Assembly (NCBI GenBank): GCA_038880255.1
Contig: JAVZSA010000004.1
Span: 1-62,879 of the forward strand
From: Thermoplasmata archaeon
Lineage (GTDB): Archaea; Thermoplasmatota; Thermoplasmata; Thermoplasmatales; ARK-15
DNA length: 62,879 nucleotides
Direction of reading: 5' to 3'
Positions 38,988-48,492 of the stretch are shown piece by piece. The position numbers and the translations under genes are program-made. Numbering within the stretch: the stretch's first letter is position 1; each line of letters starts with the position of its first letter. The notes under the pieces are model-generated. The model was not told where the DNA came from. It made no database searches and saw nothing but the letters and a program-made list of their open reading frames with translations.

Positions 38988-39430
38988 ATACATCAGCCAT
39001 AATTTCTGGAAAAAGTTTACCTCTTAATATTGAAGTTTATGTACCAAAGAGTGTTTTGAAAGAGATTCATTTCAAAAAACAATATTATATATTGGAAAGA
39101 TCAAAAATTTTAAATCCATCAAAAAATAGCGTGGAAAAGGTAAATCAGGCAGCGAAAGAGACGGGGGATATACATAAACTTTCTCCTGTGGATATTGATG
39201 TTATAGCTCTTGCATTGGATAAGAATTGTGTTACAATCACTGACGATTATGCAATTCAAAATGTTATTAAACATTTAGGCCTTGAATTTATTTCACTTAA
39301 TGAGAATGGCATTAAAAAAGAATTTAAATGGATTTATAGGTGCAAAGGGTGTAAAAGATATTTTGATGAATTTTATGATGTTTGTCCATTTTGTGGTTCA
39401 GAACTTAAATTGGTGAAAAAGAAATTTTAA
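38966..39430 (+). CDS. nob1: NOB1-family PIN endonuclease with zinc ribbon
   Basis: VLDTSA, TGD..KLS.VD, TDDYAIQN, CKGC...CPFCG. Confidence 0.93.
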   Translation: MGKKYVLDTSAIISGKSLPLNIEVYVPKSVLKEIHFKKQYYILERSKILNPSKNSVEKVNQAAKETGDIHKLSPVDIDVIALALDKNCVTITDDYAIQNVIKHLGLEFISLNENGIKKEFKWIYRCKGCKRYFDEFYDVCPFCGSELKLVKKKF

Positions 39431-39455
39431 ATTTATGAATTAATTAACATTATTT

Positions 39456-39527
39456 GGGTAGGTGGCAGAGTGGCGATGCGCGAGACTGCAGATCTCGTTT
39501 ATTGGGGTTCGATTCCCCACCTACCCT
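39456..39527 (+). tRNA. tRNA-Cys (anticodon GCA), intronless, CCA not encoded
   Basis: GGGTAGG/CCTACCC acceptor stem with U discriminator, anticodon arm CGAGA-CTGCAGA-TCTCG, T-arm TGGGG-TTCGATT-CCCCA. Confidence 0.95.
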
Positions 39528-40245
39528 CTTTAATCTTCCATAATGTGGAATAAAGTATTTGTCTAACAAAAATTTCCTGATATATCTTTGAGATATTTTT
39601 TTTGATTTTATATGAATTAAACTGAAAATTATATGAAACATCCATTAAAATTAAACCTTCAGGAGGAACATTAAATTTACCTCCTAGTTCAAATGGATTT
39701 CCTTCTCCATAAAGGAGAAAACCTACGATTCTTCTTACCATATTATATAGGAAACTTTCACCTTTAATATCAAAAATTATAAAATTATCCAATTTATTTA
39801 TTTCAATTGAATTTATTTTTCTAATACTATTTCTCCTATCCTTTTTTGAAAACATCGAAAAATTATGTTCACCTATAAAAAATTTTGATTTTTCCTTAAT
39901 TTTTTCGACGTTATAATTTTCATCAAGAACAAAATATCTATACCATCTTTCTTTTGCATGTCTTGGGTTAAAATCATTATTTACTTCTGCATATGCATAA
40001 AAATATAAATTTTTTGCATTTGTTAAAATCCCAAAAATTTTTTTTATGTTATCATTTGAATAAATCCCAATAACATTACCTATGGCACTTACCCCTTTAT
40101 CTGTTCTACTGGAACTTTTTATTTTAGCTTTTATACCACTTTTTAATAAGCAGTTTTCTATTTCACCTTCCACAGTATATTTGCCTGGTTGTTTTGCATA
40201 ACCCTGAAAAAGTTTTCCGTCATAAGCGAATTTTAAAAGATACAT
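39499..40245 (-). CDS. truA: tRNA pseudouridine(38-40) synthase TruA
   Basis: AYDG..FQG...QP, SSRTDKGVSA catalytic motif, R.YRY, GEHNFS, SFLYNMVR. Confidence 0.92.
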   Translation of the reverse strand: MYLLKFAYDGKLFQGYAKQPGKYTVEGEIENCLLKSGIKAKIKSSSRTDKGVSAIGNVIGIYSNDNIKKIFGILTNAKNLYFYAYAEVNNDFNPRHAKERWYRYFVLDENYNVEKIKEKSKFFIGEHNFSMFSKKDRRNSIRKINSIEINKLDNFIIFDIKGESFLYNMVRRIVGFLLYGEGNPFELGGKFNVPPEGLILMDVSYNFQFNSYKIKKNISKIYQEIFVRQILYSTLWKIKEGRWGIEPQ

Positions 40246-40296
40246 GAAAATAAATTTATGAAAGAATATTTATACTTTATTAATATTTTAATTTTA

Positions 40297-40686
40297 ATGA
40301 ATTATAAATTAGCTGATGAAAAACTTTTAGTATTCATAATAAAAAAGTTAATTAAGGAAAAAAAGATAATAATTTCACAAACAAAATTCCTTTCCTTAGT
40401 TTTAAATGAATTGAATCAATCAGGTTTTGAATATAAATTAAGTGGTGAAAGACTTCGAAAAATTTCAATAAATAAGGCAAATATAAAGGTAGAAATAGAA
40501 TATAAGGATCTGGGTAAAGATTCAAAAAATTTAAAAATATGCCCAGTATGTGGTAATAAATTAATTGATATATTCAATTTGACTTTAGATGGTAAAAAAA
40601 TAACTGCAGGTAAAAAATGTACAAAGTGCCCTTATTGGACAGGGCAAACTATTAGAATGCCTAGGAAATATACATTTATGAGGTGA
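40297..40686 (+). CDS. Conserved hypothetical protein with C-terminal zinc finger
   Basis: CPVCG...CTKC.YW; winged-helix-like N-terminal half; ATG 40297 preferred (ORF track 40258). Confidence 0.7.
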   Translation: MNYKLADEKLLVFIIKKLIKEKKIIISQTKFLSLVLNELNQSGFEYKLSGERLRKISINKANIKVEIEYKDLGKDSKNLKICPVCGNKLIDIFNLTLDGKKITAGKKCTKCPYWTGQTIRMPRKYTFMR

Positions 40687-41102
40687 CGAAAATGATTCAT
40701 AAAAAGGAAGGAAGTGTTATATTCGTAAAAATGGACAAAAATGAAGATCTCTTTTCCTCTTTGGAAAAATTAATTGAAATTTACAATATAAGAGGAGGTA
40801 CAATTATTTCTGGTATTGGAATGCTAAAGGAATTTGAAATAGGGTATTTTAATGGGAAAGAATATGAAAAAAAATTTGTAGAAAAAAATCATGAACTTGT
40901 AGCACTTCATGGAAGTATCTCAGCTGAAGAACCAAGATTACATATTCATGTTGGTCTTGCTGGCCCCGATCATAATATAATTGGAGGTCATCTTTTTAGT
41001 GCAAAGGTCGATCCTTTACTAGAAATTACAATATTAACATCATCATTTCCAATGAAAAGGGTCTACAACGAAAAAACTAACCTCAAAGAGCTAAGTTTCT
41101 AA
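40683..41102 (+). CDS. PPC/DUF296 domain protein
   Basis: SGIG.L, ELVALHGSI, HIHV, GGHL. Confidence 0.88.
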   Translation: MTKMIHKKEGSVIFVKMDKNEDLFSSLEKLIEIYNIRGGTIISGIGMLKEFEIGYFNGKEYEKKFVEKNHELVALHGSISAEEPRLHIHVGLAGPDHNIIGGHLFSAKVDPLLEITILTSSFPMKRVYNEKTNLKELSF

Positions 41103-41779
41103 TGTTACAGGACATAATAATATTGGCTTTAATCATTATTTTATTTTTTATTTCAATTAAAATTGAAGTTCTCGACTTTTTTGGCTCTTTGTTAGCCTTA
41201 GTAATTGGTATTTTTATTTATTTTTGGGCAGGTCTTCCATATTTAATCCTTCTTATTTCATTTGTTTTAATTTCATACCTTGCAACAATTTATCGAACAG
41301 AATACAAAGCAGACATTTATGGTCTCACAAAAAAAAGACATATTGGAAGTGTAATATCAAAAGGCCTGGTACCATTTTTACTTGTTTTTTTACCAATACC
41401 GCAGATTGATAAATTGTTCCTATATTCTGTAGCTGTTGCTTCTGCCACCTCCGATACTATTTCTGGAGAATTGGGTATCTTTTCTTCAAAAACATATTCA
41501 ATTTTAGGCCTAAAACCTTCAAGGCCAGGAGAGAATGGTGCAATCTCATCTATAGGTGAAATTTATGCATTTTTTGGAGCATCGTCTATAGCTATAATTT
41601 TCTATTTCTTTACACTTAATGTAAAATATACAATTTATATTTGTTTTTTAGGGTTTATTGGCTCAAATTTGGATAGCCTTTTAGGTGCAACACTTGAAAA
41701 AAAAGGTATTTTAGGAAAACATACTGTTAATTTTATTGCAATAATTATAAGTATAATTTTTGCATACTTGTTAATATGA
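41102..41779 (+). CDS. DUF92/TMEM19 membrane protein
   Basis: ASATSDTISGELG, PGENGAIS..G, G..LDSLLGATLE, VNF. Confidence 0.87.
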   Translation: MLQDIIILALIIILFFISIKIEVLDFFGSLLALVIGIFIYFWAGLPYLILLISFVLISYLATIYRTEYKADIYGLTKKRHIGSVISKGLVPFLLVFLPIPQIDKLFLYSVAVASATSDTISGELGIFSSKTYSILGLKPSRPGENGAISSIGEIYAFFGASSIAIIFYFFTLNVKYTIYICFLGFIGSNLDSLLGATLEKKGILGKHTVNFIAIIISIIFAYLLI

Positions 41780-42990
41780 AAAAAATAATACTCTTAGTTC
41801 TTGACGGTGTTGGTGACAGACCCCTTGAATCATTGAATGGAAAAACACCTCTTCAAAGTGCAAATAAAAAGAATTTAAATTTTCTTACATCGAAAGGTAT
41901 GGTGGGATTGCTAGACCCAATTTCTCCAGGCATTAGACCTGGCAGTGATACTGCACATTTAGCTTTGTTAGGATACGATCCATTTAAAGTATATACAGGA
42001 AGAGGTCCCTTTGAGGCTCTTGGATTAGGAATGGAATTAAAACCAGGAGATATAGCATTTAGAGGAAATTTTGCTACAGTTGATAATCATATGAAAGTTA
42101 TTGATAGGAGAGCTGGGAGAATAAATTCTGGAACTAGTGAACTTGCCAATTCCCTAAATATGACTATTGATGATGTGGAAATAATGGTAAAAGAGGGTGT
42201 TGAACATAGAGCAGCAGTAGTATTTAGAGGTAAGGGACTCTCCCCTGATGTAACTGATATTGATCCTCATGAAGAGGGGAAAACTTTGCTAAAATCAAAG
42301 GGTAAATCAATTGAAGGAGAAAAAACAGCAATCATTGTAAATAAATTTGTAGAAAAAAGTTATGAGATACTTAAAAATCATCCCATAAACAAGGAAAGAG
42401 AAAGAAGGGGACAACTACCTGCAAACATAATGATGATAAGGGGTGCAGGAATAGTTCCTGAACTTGAAAATTTTAATAAAAAATATAATATGACCGGTGC
42501 CTGTATAGTGGGTGTTCCTTTACTTTCAGGCTTATGCAAACTTGCTGGACTGAATGTAATAAATGTACCTGGGGCAACAGGAACAATAAACACAAATATG
42601 GATAATAAAATAAAATATGCTTTAGAAAATTTAAAAAATTATGACTTTATACTTGTAAATATAAAAGCGCCAGATATTGCAGGGCACGATGGAAATGGAA
42701 AATTAAAAAAAGAAATTATAGAAAAGGTGGATAAGGCGATAGAACCACTTATTGAAAAATTGGAGGATTTAACCATTATGATAACTGGTGATCATTCTAC
42801 ACCATGCAGTGTGAAAGATCATACAGGAGATCCTCTTCCAGTAATAGTAGTAACACATGGAATTAGAAGTGACGGAATATTGGAATTTGATGAAATTTCC
42901 GCATCTCGCGGAAGTCTAAGAATAAAAGGTAAGGATGTTATGAATATACTCCTTAATTACAGTGATAGAGCGGAGAAATTTGGAGCATGA
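41776..42990 (+). CDS. apgM: 2,3-bisphosphoglycerate-independent phosphoglycerate mutase (archaeal)
   Basis: VLDGVGDRP, PGSDTAH, GRGPFEA, DRRAGRI, DIAGHDG, GDHSTP, HTGDP. Confidence 0.96.
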   Translation: MKKIILLVLDGVGDRPLESLNGKTPLQSANKKNLNFLTSKGMVGLLDPISPGIRPGSDTAHLALLGYDPFKVYTGRGPFEALGLGMELKPGDIAFRGNFATVDNHMKVIDRRAGRINSGTSELANSLNMTIDDVEIMVKEGVEHRAAVVFRGKGLSPDVTDIDPHEEGKTLLKSKGKSIEGEKTAIIVNKFVEKSYEILKNHPINKERERRGQLPANIMMIRGAGIVPELENFNKKYNMTGACIVGVPLLSGLCKLAGLNVINVPGATGTINTNMDNKIKYALENLKNYDFILVNIKAPDIAGHDGNGKLKKEIIEKVDKAIEPLIEKLEDLTIMITGDHSTPCSVKDHTGDPLPVIVVTHGIRSDGILEFDEISASRGSLRIKGKDVMNILLNYSDRAEKFGA

Positions 42991-43787
42991 TTGAAACAAT
43001 TGCATTCTTACTTCTTTTAATATTTTTATTTGCAATTTTTTTAATTAATAAAGAAGCAGTATTTTTCATTGTTCTTGCAAATATAATATTTTTTATAACT
43101 GAATTAATTATTCAAAATTCAATATACTATTTTTCCTATTACACATCTTCACCATTATCTTATGGCCTTTTAACAGGTATTTTTACGCATTATAATTTCA
43201 TCCATATATTTTTAAATATGATAGTTCTTCTCTTAGTGGGGTTTCCATTAGAATCAAGGATTGGAACAAGAAGATTTTTACTAATTTATCTTATTACGGG
43301 AATTATTTCTGAAATTATTTTTTCCTTAGTAAACTACGGCCAAAACATAATTCTTTTAGGTGCATCGGGCTCAATATTTGGTGTTATGGGTGCATTACTT
43401 AGACTTTATCCTAATGACGAAATACCAATGTTTCTTGGTTTTATTTTTTTACCTAAAATAAAGGTTAAGTATGCTGTTTTTTTCGCAGCTTTAATAGAAT
43501 TTATTGCAATATTTTTATCCTATGAAAATAATGTGGCACACTTAGTTCATATTTCGGCATTGATTGTAGGAATGTTAATTGCTCCATTGTTTATTGGTTT
43601 AAAAATTAAATCCATTGAAAATTTGCCAGGAGCTGCTGAAAATAAAAAATTATTGGAAGAAATAAAGAAAGAAAAAATTTGGGAATTAAAATATATTTTA
43701 TTAGAAGAATATTTGAAAAAAAATTGTAAAGAATATGAAATTAAAAGAAATTATATTATTTGCAACGGTAAAAAATATAGATTATGA
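42987..43787 (+). CDS. Rhomboid-family intramembrane serine protease
   Basis: FTH..FIHIFLNM, GASG catalytic Ser, AHLVH. Confidence 0.9.
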   Translation: MIETIAFLLLLIFLFAIFLINKEAVFFIVLANIIFFITELIIQNSIYYFSYYTSSPLSYGLLTGIFTHYNFIHIFLNMIVLLLVGFPLESRIGTRRFLLIYLITGIISEIIFSLVNYGQNIILLGASGSIFGVMGALLRLYPNDEIPMFLGFIFLPKIKVKYAVFFAALIEFIAIFLSYENNVAHLVHISALIVGMLIAPLFIGLKIKSIENLPGAAENKKLLEEIKKEKIWELKYILLEEYLKKNCKEYEIKRNYIICNGKKYRL

Positions 43788-46481
43788 TCTCCAAAATCTC
43801 TTAGTTCTTGAAAAATTTAGTTCAGCTTCAGCAATATCCTTAATGAGACCAATTATTTCGCTATGTGGTGTTCTCAATATTCTTAAAGCAGTTTCATATC
43901 CAACTCCTCTTCCAGCAAGGGCAAGTAAAGCCTCTTTTTTGTAAATTCTTATCAATTGGGAAATATTAACTGCTTTATTATAAAAGTCTCTTTCTTCCTT
44001 TGTTTTTGGTCCATTTTTAATAATTGATACTTTTTCCCTTTCAAATTTTCTTAGTACAGTTACTCTTACACTTCCACAATATATGCATCGTGTATCCTGC
44101 ATTTCTTCAACTTTTTTTGTCCATGAACTTTTACAATCAAAACAAACAAATATCATTTCCTGATTCATTAGTCTATTTTTTATTGCATTAAGAACATTAA
44201 CAGTTAATTTTGTTCTCCCTGATTTTGATTCAATGTAATTCAAATAGCTTTCCATAACAGAATCAAATTTTACTATCTCCAAGTGTATTTCATTATTCTT
44301 AATTTTATTAAGTATATATTTTGTATTTTTTATATCTAAATAATCCCATTTTATTTTCTCTACCGTTTCTTTAAATATGTATGTATTCCTGTACATTTCA
44401 ACAATCTTTTCAATTTTTATTGAAGATAAATCCGCATCCTTAGAAATTACACCAAATTTCTTAGCCACATAATTAAATGTCCTAGGAAAATATCTGAAAT
44501 AATGAATATATTTTCCTATATCTTCTTCCAATTCATTTATATTTAAAAGCACATTTTCTATCTGAGCTTCGGAAACAGGTAAATCCTCGGAAGAAATTAT
44601 AATTGAATATGGAGTAATTCCAATACTTACTTCAGTGCCATCTTCTTTCATCCTACCTAAAATTAATAAAGCTAAAGTTTCATTTACCTTGGTACCAAAA
44701 CAATCTTCTATTATTGTATCCACACCATTTCTTGAAATTCTAATTTTATCTGGCATAGCATGATCTTTGGACCACCAATCTTTAATCTTTAATGCACATG
44801 CCTCATTTGTATAGTTGGGGATTTTTCCATCTTTCCTTAATTGACCAACATTCATTGCTACCTCAAACGATACTGGAATATCTTCACCTATCCATTTGGG
44901 GGGATTCCCTATTTCCTCAACAAATTCAACAAGTATTTTTTCATCTTTTACATCTATGACTCTCCAAGTAATACCCTTCATCACAAATGTCTGACCAATT
45001 GCTATCTCAGAAGAAACAAATGTTTCATCCAGAATTCCTATAAATGTATTGTTAGATATATCAATTACTCTATAATTTTTTTCATCTGGTATCATGGATA
45101 AATTATCATAAAAATATTCTAGTACTCTTGATCCTCTATGCACATATTTTCCATCAAACTTCACCAATTTTATTGTTTCAAGGAATTTTATAAAATCTAA
45201 AAGTTCTGTAAATTCAATTTCCCTAAAAGGATAAGATCGTATTATAGTACTGTACAAATTGCTTATTTCTATTGTCCCTTCTGAATAAACCCAAGATGAA
45301 ATTTGGTTTGCTAGTACAACATATGGCCTTTTTCTTATATTTATGCTTTCAATCCATCCTTTTTTCAGCAAATCTACTATTGAAATTGCTTCCTCAAGTT
45401 CTATTACTTCCCCGGAAATTATTGCACCTTTTGAAACATGGCCCAATCTATGACCAGATCTACCCAACCTTTGAATTAATCTATAAACCTGTCTCGGTGA
45501 ATTAAATTGTACAATAAATTCTGTCTTTCCCACATCTATGCCAAGTTCCAAAGATGATGTACATATTAAAGCTTTTAATTTACCATCTTTCAATAACCTT
45601 TCATTTTGGACTCTAACATCCTTTGAAAGTGAGCCATGATGCACACCAATATCTATATCCTTGTTTAATCTTTTTAATCTCATCGCAATATCTTCAGCAG
45701 TAAACCTCGTATTAACAAAAATTAAAGATGAATTTTTATTATTAATTGTTTCTAAAGTATGCATAATTGCAGATCCATAGTTTTGATCACACATCATTAT
45801 TTCACTTTCATTTTCATAAATTCTTGAATGTGATTCAACACTTATGTCAAACTCTTTCACAATGGAACTTCTAAATATTTCAATATTTTTATCATAAGAA
45901 AGAAACTTTGAAATTTCTTCATGGTTACCTACAGTAGCTGAAAGGCCAATAATTTGAATATTTCCGGATAAATTTTTTAATCTTTCAATAGCAAGTGATA
46001 GTTGCCAACCTCTTTCATCTTGAATTAATTCATGAACTTCATCAATTATTATTGTTTTAATATTTTTTATTTGTTCTTTCAATCTTTTTCCAGAAAAAAG
46101 AATTTGAAGTGTTTCAGGAGTAGTAATTAAAAGATCTGGGGCATTTTCCACCATCATTTTTCTTTCATAATCTGTTGAATCCCCATGTCTAATGTTTATT
46201 TTAACATCAAGCAAAGATGCATATTTTAAAATTCTTTCAAAAAGATCTCTATTCAGAGCTCTAAGTGGTGTTATATATATTGAGTGTATTTTTGAAGGTT
46301 TTAAATCATGTATCCTGGCTAAAAGTGGAATTATTGCTGCTTCTGTCTTACCACTTCCTGTTGGTGCAATTAAAAGTAAATTTTTTCCAGAATAAACTGT
46401 ATCATAAACATTAATTTGATCCTCTGTTAAATTTTCTATACCTGCCTCTTTTAATTTATCCTTAATATAACTGTCGATCAC
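43782..46481 (-). CDS. lhr: Lhr-family DEAD/DEAH helicase with C-terminal zinc finger and HhH
   Basis: APTGSGKT, PLRALNRD, RHGD, TTPETL, DEVH, SATV, HHGSLS, TSSLELGID, QRLGRSGH; CFDC...CIYC, GRGVG. Confidence 0.93.
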   Translation of the reverse strand: MIDSYIKDKLKEAGIENLTEDQINVYDTVYSGKNLLLIAPTGSGKTEAAIIPLLARIHDLKPSKIHSIYITPLRALNRDLFERILKYASLLDVKINIRHGDSTDYERKMMVENAPDLLITTPETLQILFSGKRLKEQIKNIKTIIIDEVHELIQDERGWQLSLAIERLKNLSGNIQIIGLSATVGNHEEISKFLSYDKNIEIFRSSIVKEFDISVESHSRIYENESEIMMCDQNYGSAIMHTLETINNKNSSLIFVNTRFTAEDIAMRLKRLNKDIDIGVHHGSLSKDVRVQNERLLKDGKLKALICTSSLELGIDVGKTEFIVQFNSPRQVYRLIQRLGRSGHRLGHVSKGAIISGEVIELEEAISIVDLLKKGWIESINIRKRPYVVLANQISSWVYSEGTIEISNLYSTIIRSYPFREIEFTELLDFIKFLETIKLVKFDGKYVHRGSRVLEYFYDNLSMIPDEKNYRVIDISNNTFIGILDETFVSSEIAIGQTFVMKGITWRVIDVKDEKILVEFVEEIGNPPKWIGEDIPVSFEVAMNVGQLRKDGKIPNYTNEACALKIKDWWSKDHAMPDKIRISRNGVDTIIEDCFGTKVNETLALLILGRMKEDGTEVSIGITPYSIIISSEDLPVSEAQIENVLLNINELEEDIGKYIHYFRYFPRTFNYVAKKFGVISKDADLSSIKIEKIVEMYRNTYIFKETVEKIKWDYLDIKNTKYILNKIKNNEIHLEIVKFDSVMESYLNYIESKSGRTKLTVNVLNAIKNRLMNQEMIFVCFDCKSSWTKKVEEMQDTRCIYCGSVRVTVLRKFEREKVSIIKNGPKTKEERDFYNKAVNISQLIRIYKKEALLALAGRGVGYETALRILRTPHSEIIGLIKDIAEAELNFSRTKRFWRS

Positions 46482-46487
46482 AGATGG

Positions 46488-48161
46488 TTAAAATTGTTTT
46501 ATTATAAAATTGTTTTCAATTCTTTTTCTGGAGAAAAATATAAATTCACCTATCACCAAAACAACAAAAATTAATAGAGGAAACAATACCCAAAAAATGT
46601 TAAACTTGGAAATTATTGATTCAACATATACCATAATAAAGAAAGAAAATATAAGGAAATTGACATGATAACTTATTTTTTTACTATTTGTATTTGTAAA
46701 CGCAAATGAAATTGTTTTAACTATTCCATATATATATTTATTTATAAAATAAAAATAAATTATCAAAAATAATAATGAAAAAATAAGATAAAAAATATTC
46801 AAAATAAAAAAATTCAATATAAGAATAAAGGGAAGTACAATTGAAAATACACCCAAAATTGGATTTTTTCTTATTATCGGTACATTTTTTGTAAAAAATA
46901 TTGCTCTCATTGTTTTAGAAATTAATGAAGATGAAATTATAATACTCTTTGGAATTATTTTTAAAAATAGGCGTGACATTCTTGAAGATAATCTTAAAAA
47001 TAATGGAGTAATAATACTTGTTATAATAACAATAGCCCCTGTAAGACTAAAAAGTGTGCTTGAAAGAGGGAGGAGATTTTTCGATACGGAGGAAACACTG
47101 TTTGCTAAATTAGCAAAAATTAAAGAGTCTTCACTCCTAGGTATTAAACCTGAACCTATGAAAAGTGATTCTTTTGATGAAAAACCCAAAAGATATGTAA
47201 TTGATCCTATAATTAAAAGTTCACCTAGAATTATAATTATTACTAATATTAAAATCAAAAGTGCATAATTTAAAAATACTGAAAAATTAACCCCAATTCC
47301 ATATGTAACAAAGAATATCGCACCAAATGCATATTTAAAGGATATGAGTTTGGGTTCTATATCCTTTACAATGTCACTTTGTGAAAATAACATCCCACCG
47401 AAGAACGCTCCAATAGCTGGACTTATATTAAATATATCAAGCAAAGAACTTATTAAGAATGTGATTGAAAGTATAAATAATATAAAAACTTCCTCATTTT
47501 TCCTAGAAAAGAACTTTCTTTTTATTGTAGGTAAAAATATCATTGAAAGAAATATAATAAATGCTAAAAATGCTGAAATACCCAAAAATTCCACATTTAT
47601 TAGTTTAGGCCAAAATTCTTTAGTTACTAATGTTCCCAAAAAAATAGTAATAAGAACAATAGATAATATGTCCTCAATTACTAACATAGAAATTAAGGCA
47701 TCAGAAGCGTCAGTAGAAAGTTTTCTAAGATCGTCCATAGATTTGGCGGAAACAACAACACTGCTTGCTGATACAATAAAGCCGAGAAATATTGAATCAA
47801 AAATATCCCATTTAAATGCAATACCTATCAAATAGCCAAAAATAAAAAGAATAGATAAGTCAAATATGGCAAGGATGATTGATACCTCACCTTTTTTTCT
47901 AAATCTTTGAGGATCTACATTAAGACCAATAAAAAATAATATCATAACAAGGCCTAGTTGTGAAAATGTTGAAATTACATAATTATTTACCATAAAACCA
48001 TTGTAATGAAAACCAAAAATTGTAAATGATATTGAGGGGCTGAGGATTAAACCTATTAATAAATATCCCACCATCGTTGACTGCCTAATCTTAATAGAGA
48101 TTAATCCTCCTACAAGAGCAAGAAAGAAAAGAATTCCTATTTGTAAAAATAATAAATCCAT
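46488..48161 (-). CDS. CPA2-family cation:proton antiporter
   Basis: GLVMILFFIGL, SS.VV, LVIEDI, IGAFFGG, FFV..G, L.PRSE. Confidence 0.88.
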   Translation of the reverse strand: MDLLFLQIGILFFLALVGGLISIKIRQSTMVGYLLIGLILSPSISFTIFGFHYNGFMVNNYVISTFSQLGLVMILFFIGLNVDPQRFRKKGEVSIILAIFDLSILFIFGYLIGIAFKWDIFDSIFLGFIVSASSVVVSAKSMDDLRKLSTDASDALISMLVIEDILSIVLITIFLGTLVTKEFWPKLINVEFLGISAFLAFIIFLSMIFLPTIKRKFFSRKNEEVFILFILSITFLISSLLDIFNISPAIGAFFGGMLFSQSDIVKDIEPKLISFKYAFGAIFFVTYGIGVNFSVFLNYALLILILVIIIILGELLIIGSITYLLGFSSKESLFIGSGLIPRSEDSLIFANLANSVSSVSKNLLPLSSTLFSLTGAIVIITSIITPLFLRLSSRMSRLFLKIIPKSIIISSSLISKTMRAIFFTKNVPIIRKNPILGVFSIVLPFILILNFFILNIFYLIFSLLFLIIYFYFINKYIYGIVKTISFAFTNTNSKKISYHVNFLIFSFFIMVYVESIISKFNIFWVLFPLLIFVVLVIGEFIFFSRKRIENNFIIKQF

Positions 48162-48492
48162 GAATTATCTCCCTATTGGATTGTAACCATATATATTAAC
48201 ATTTATTTTATTTATGCTTCTAATAAAATTTGATTTTGAAAAAATTAATTTTATTTTTTGATAATTCCTTATAAATAAAGTTTCTTTAAATTTTATTTTC
48301 CAATTGAAATATTTTGTTTTAATTTTTCTTATCATTTTTTCATAAATTTTCATATTTCTCATGAATATCAATTCTTTATTTTATTTTTTTCAAATATAAA
48401 TTTTTGTATTAATAAAAATGAATAATCTAAAAAATTTTCAATTTTTTATATTATTATTTATTGTTAAAAATTTTAAAAATTTAAAATATATT

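Noticed and set aside
25060-39527. tRNA genes as integration (att) sites bounding an island
   Set aside because: No duplicated tRNA 3' fragment was found, and the intervening genes are housekeeping.
48162-48260. Fluoride riboswitch upstream of the CPA2 antiporter
   Set aside because: No GGCGATGG...CGCC core; a TATA-like box close to the start implies a short leader.
48165-48371. 68-aa minus-strand ORF
   Set aside because: Low-complexity K/I/N-rich translation of AT-rich DNA covering the antiporter promoter, with no motif.
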